The translations under genes were made by a program, and so were the position numbers. DNA of 64,000 bases from Candidatus Kapaibacterium sp. Its GTDB lineage: Bacteria; Bacteroidota; Ignavibacteria; Kapaibacteriales; UBA2268. The notes beneath the pieces were generated by a model that saw only the letters and a program-made list of their open reading frames with translations, was not told the origin of the DNA and made no database searches. Within the stretch, counting starts at the first letter, position 1, and every line of letters begins with the position of its first letter. Shown piece by piece: positions 61,444 through 64,000 of this stretch. The DNA is taken from assembly GCA_963664875.1 (NCBI GenBank), contig OY761611.1:864001-928000 (forward strand), read 5' to 3'.

Positions 61444-62835
61444 TTGAAATATTTTCTACTTTGTGTTCTTTTCTTTGCTACTTTTCAGCTTTCAAATGCA
61501 GAAAAGCAGTGGGTAAGGAAACATTTTAGAGCTGATGAACACGTAAGAGCGATAAAATGTTTTGATTCAGCCAATATAGCTGTTATTGTTGAAAGTGTTG
61601 GAGAATCAATGATTTACAAATCTTATGATGCAGGGAACACTTGGAAAAACACGTATCGCTATTTTCATCCTGCGCATGGTGATTCTTTGGCAATGCTTTC
61701 TGTTGGTTCTTTTATCTTAGACTCACTTCACTATTATATTTGTATGTTCCCACAACCGGTCATAGATGTTTCTTCTGACGGAGGAAATACTTTTAAAAGA
61801 ATTGAATTCGGAACAATTTCATCTGATAAGAAAAATTATATTTTCGACTTAAACATGGCAGATAGTTTAAGAGGATATTTAATAACCCGAACAAACATAA
61901 TTTTAACACAAGATGGTTGGAAATCTTTTGAAATTTACGAAAAACCTTACAAGTTTATATCAACGAATGAACCATCATTTTACATTGATTCCGTTAATAT
62001 TGCATTGATGAAACAAGTGGCTGGTAGTAACTTGTTTTATAAGTTTAATACTATAACTTATGAATGGTCAACCTATAGCAACGAAGTTTTGGCAGAGGAA
62101 GGCGATTTTCCTTACACTATTATTGATTTAGACTTTCTTAATGATTCTACTATAATAGGAGCAGGATTTCAAAGAGTTAATGATACAACCAAAAACATAC
62201 ATTACGATTTAATATGGAAAAGCACTGATAAAGGAGTTAACTGGGAAGTAATTTACAAAAAATTGAAAAATCCAAGATTTGGTTTAGAAAAAATAAGTTT
62301 TACAGATAGCTTAAGAGGGATTGCTGGTGGAAATGGAGCAAAATATATGCTTACTGAAGATGGTGGCAAGACTTGGAAATATGTCATTTTAATGGATTAT
62401 CTATATGCCTCTTCTCAAAATTGCACTTATTGCGGAGATTATCCGATTGCTTGGTTTCCTTCCGGGGGAATTTTTCGATACGAAGACGTGACCGGAATCA
62501 CAGAAGGAATTTTAGAAGAAATCAATATAAAACCATATCAAACCAAAACAGAATACTATTTAGAAATACATGATCCAAAATCACGAGAATATGAAATCAT
62601 ATTTTCTGATGCAAACGGCAAACAAATACTAACACAAACATTAAACACAGCAATAGCAGCTAACACAAGTCCAATAGATTTAAACAGCCTAAATTCCGGC
62701 ACTTACTTTTACATGATTACCTGCAACAATTCGCTAATTTCTACAGGTAAGTTTGTAAATGCAAGGGAGCAGAAGATAATTATCATTTCCGGTACAAATA
62801 AGCTCAATTCAGGTAAATTTATTATTGTTAAATAA
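61444..62835 (+). CDS. T9SS-secreted Asp-box/YCF48-like protein, copy 2, with a 22-aa C-terminal extension
   Basis: Paralog of copy 1. TAG is replaced by GAG, so it ends ..GKFVNAREQKIIIISGTNKLNSGKFIIVK. Confidence 0.85.
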   Translation: MKYFLLCVLFFATFQLSNAEKQWVRKHFRADEHVRAIKCFDSANIAVIVESVGESMIYKSYDAGNTWKNTYRYFHPAHGDSLAMLSVGSFILDSLHYYICMFPQPVIDVSSDGGNTFKRIEFGTISSDKKNYIFDLNMADSLRGYLITRTNIILTQDGWKSFEIYEKPYKFISTNEPSFYIDSVNIALMKQVAGSNLFYKFNTITYEWSTYSNEVLAEEGDFPYTIIDLDFLNDSTIIGAGFQRVNDTTKNIHYDLIWKSTDKGVNWEVIYKKLKNPRFGLEKISFTDSLRGIAGGNGAKYMLTEDGGKTWKYVILMDYLYASSQNCTYCGDYPIAWFPSGGIFRYEDVTGITEGILEEINIKPYQTKTEYYLEIHDPKSREYEIIFSDANGKQILTQTLNTAIAANTSPIDLNSLNSGTYFYMITCNNSLISTGKFVNAREQKIIIISGTNKLNSGKFIIVK

Positions 62836-62911
62836 ATAATATTTACTATTTTATCGCAGGAGAGATATTGTTTCTCTCCTGCTTTCTTATTATAACAAAG
62901 GAGATGAAACT

Positions 62912-64000
62912 TTGAAATATTTTATTCTTTGTGTTCTTTTCTTTGCTACTTTTCAGCTTTCAAATGCAGAAAAGCAGTGGGTAAGGAAGCATTTTGAAAG
63001 TAATGAAAGAGTAAGTGAGATTAAAGTTGTAGATTCGACAAAAATTGTTGCATTACTCGAATGTATAGGTGTTTCAAAAGTTTATAAATCATATGATTCC
63101 GGAAACAGTTGGACTAATACATATTCATACAATCACCCCATGAATGGCGATTCTGTAGCATTGCAATCGATTGGATCTTTTATCCTCGATTCTTCATATT
63201 TTTATTGTTGTATGTTTCCCAAACCAGTTATAGATGTAACAACCGATGGTGGAACAACATTTAAGAGGATTGAATTTGGGAATATCTCATCTGATTCAAA
63301 AAATTACATCTACGATTTAAATATGCTAGACAGTTTAACAGGAGTTATCGTCACAGTCAAGAATATTATTGTAACGAAAGATGGTTGGAAAACCTTCGTA
63401 ATTTATAAGAAGCCTTATGAATATATTAATTCAGATATGCCTACTTTTTTTGTCGATTCGCTTAATATTGCATTGATTAAACAGAGTGCTGGGAGTAACT
63501 TGTTTTACAAATTTAATATAATGACTCAAGAATGGTCAGAATATAGTATAGAAGTAAATCAGAAGGAAAACGAAAAGCCTTTGACCATAATTGGAATTGA
63601 GAAGCAATCTGATTCTGTACTTATGGGAGCTGGTATGCAAAAAGTAAACGATTCTACTAAAAATATCCATTATGATCTAATATGGAAAAGCACAGACAAA
63701 GGAGTAACATGGGAAGTAATATATAAAAAATTGAAAGATCCGAGATTTGGTTTAGAAGAAGTCCACTTTACTGATAGTTTAAGAGGGATTGCAGGAGGAG
63801 GTGGAGCAAAATATATGCTTACAGAAGATGGTGGATATTCATGGGAGTATGTCACTCTAATGGATTATATATATATGTCTTCTGGTTCTTGTGCATATTG
63901 TGGTGATTACCCGTTAGCCTGGTTTCCCGCAGGTGGAGTTTTTCGATACGAAGACGTGACCGGAATCACAGAAGGCATACTAGAGGAAATCAGTATAATA
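62912..64000 (+). CDS. T9SS-secreted Asp-box/YCF48-like protein, copy 3, truncated by the window end (absent from the ORF track)
   Basis: TTG start after AAGGAG; 363 open codons from MKYFILCVLFFATFQLSNAEKQWVRKHFESNE to GITEGILEEISII, collinear with copy 1. Confidence 0.88.
   Translation, partial: MKYFILCVLFFATFQLSNAEKQWVRKHFESNERVSEIKVVDSTKIVALLECIGVSKVYKSYDSGNSWTNTYSYNHPMNGDSVALQSIGSFILDSSYFYCCMFPKPVIDVTTDGGTTFKRIEFGNISSDSKNYIYDLNMLDSLTGVIVTVKNIIVTKDGWKTFVIYKKPYEYINSDMPTFFVDSLNIALIKQSAGSNLFYKFNIMTQEWSEYSIEVNQKENEKPLTIIGIEKQSDSVLMGAGMQKVNDSTKNIHYDLIWKSTDKGVTWEVIYKKLKDPRFGLEEVHFTDSLRGIAGGGGAKYMLTEDGGYSWEYVTLMDYIYMSSGSCAYCGDYPLAWFPAGGVFRYEDVTGITEGILEEISII

Larger units (their letters stand above)
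59845..64000 (+). repeat. Tandem repeat, period 1468 bp, at least 2.8 units (59845-61312, 61313-62780, 62781 to beyond 64000)
   Basis: TATCATTTCCGGTACAAATAA recurs at 59845, 61313 and 62781; TTG starts fall at 59976, 61444 and 62912. Confidence 0.95.

Noticed and set aside
62904-62915. Mini-ORF ATG AAA CTT TGA overlapping the copy 3 start
   Set aside because: It abuts the SD with no spacing and is absent from copies 1 and 2; likely chance.
59845-64000. Diversity-generating retroelement acting on the array
   Set aside because: Differences are spread over the whole propeller and include many non-adenine synonymous changes; no RT or TR/VR pair is in the window. Sequence beyond 64000 cannot be assessed.

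Overview
Low-GC bacterial chromosome segment, mostly housekeeping genes. Gene content (T9SS-type C-terminal domains, GldL/GldM-like pair, TAnnTTTG-like promoter motifs, cdaA, DUF6588-like protein) suggests the Bacteroidota-Chlorobiota-Ignavibacteria group, possibly Ca. Kapabacteria; this is inference only. Core genes are uvrA (partial), hflX, mfd, tsaB, argS, rsfS, guaD, an ECF sigma factor, phoBR, miaA, pcm, cdaA, phoH, valS, a TolC-MacAB-type exporter, lptF/G, yfhO-like, mutS2 and a heptosyltransferase. I saw no integrase, transposase, reverse transcriptase or Cas gene. Five things stand out. (1) An exact 1468-bp-period tandem array of T9SS-secreted Asp-box/YCF48-like genes runs off the window end; the copies are mosaic, and an in-frame junction gives copy 2 a second secretion-signal tail through a TAG->GAG change. 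(2) A divergent GldL/GldM-like pair without gldK/gldN is translationally coupled to lptF/G. (3) An ODP-like di-iron protein is paired with a sensor-less protein carrying two chemoreceptor-tip-like motifs. (4) Five identical tRNA-Asp genes lie in tandem. (5) The D-[S/T]-[A/I/L/M/V/T] O-glycosylation sequon looks enriched in exported proteins. All family assignments come from motif recognition by eye, not database searches.
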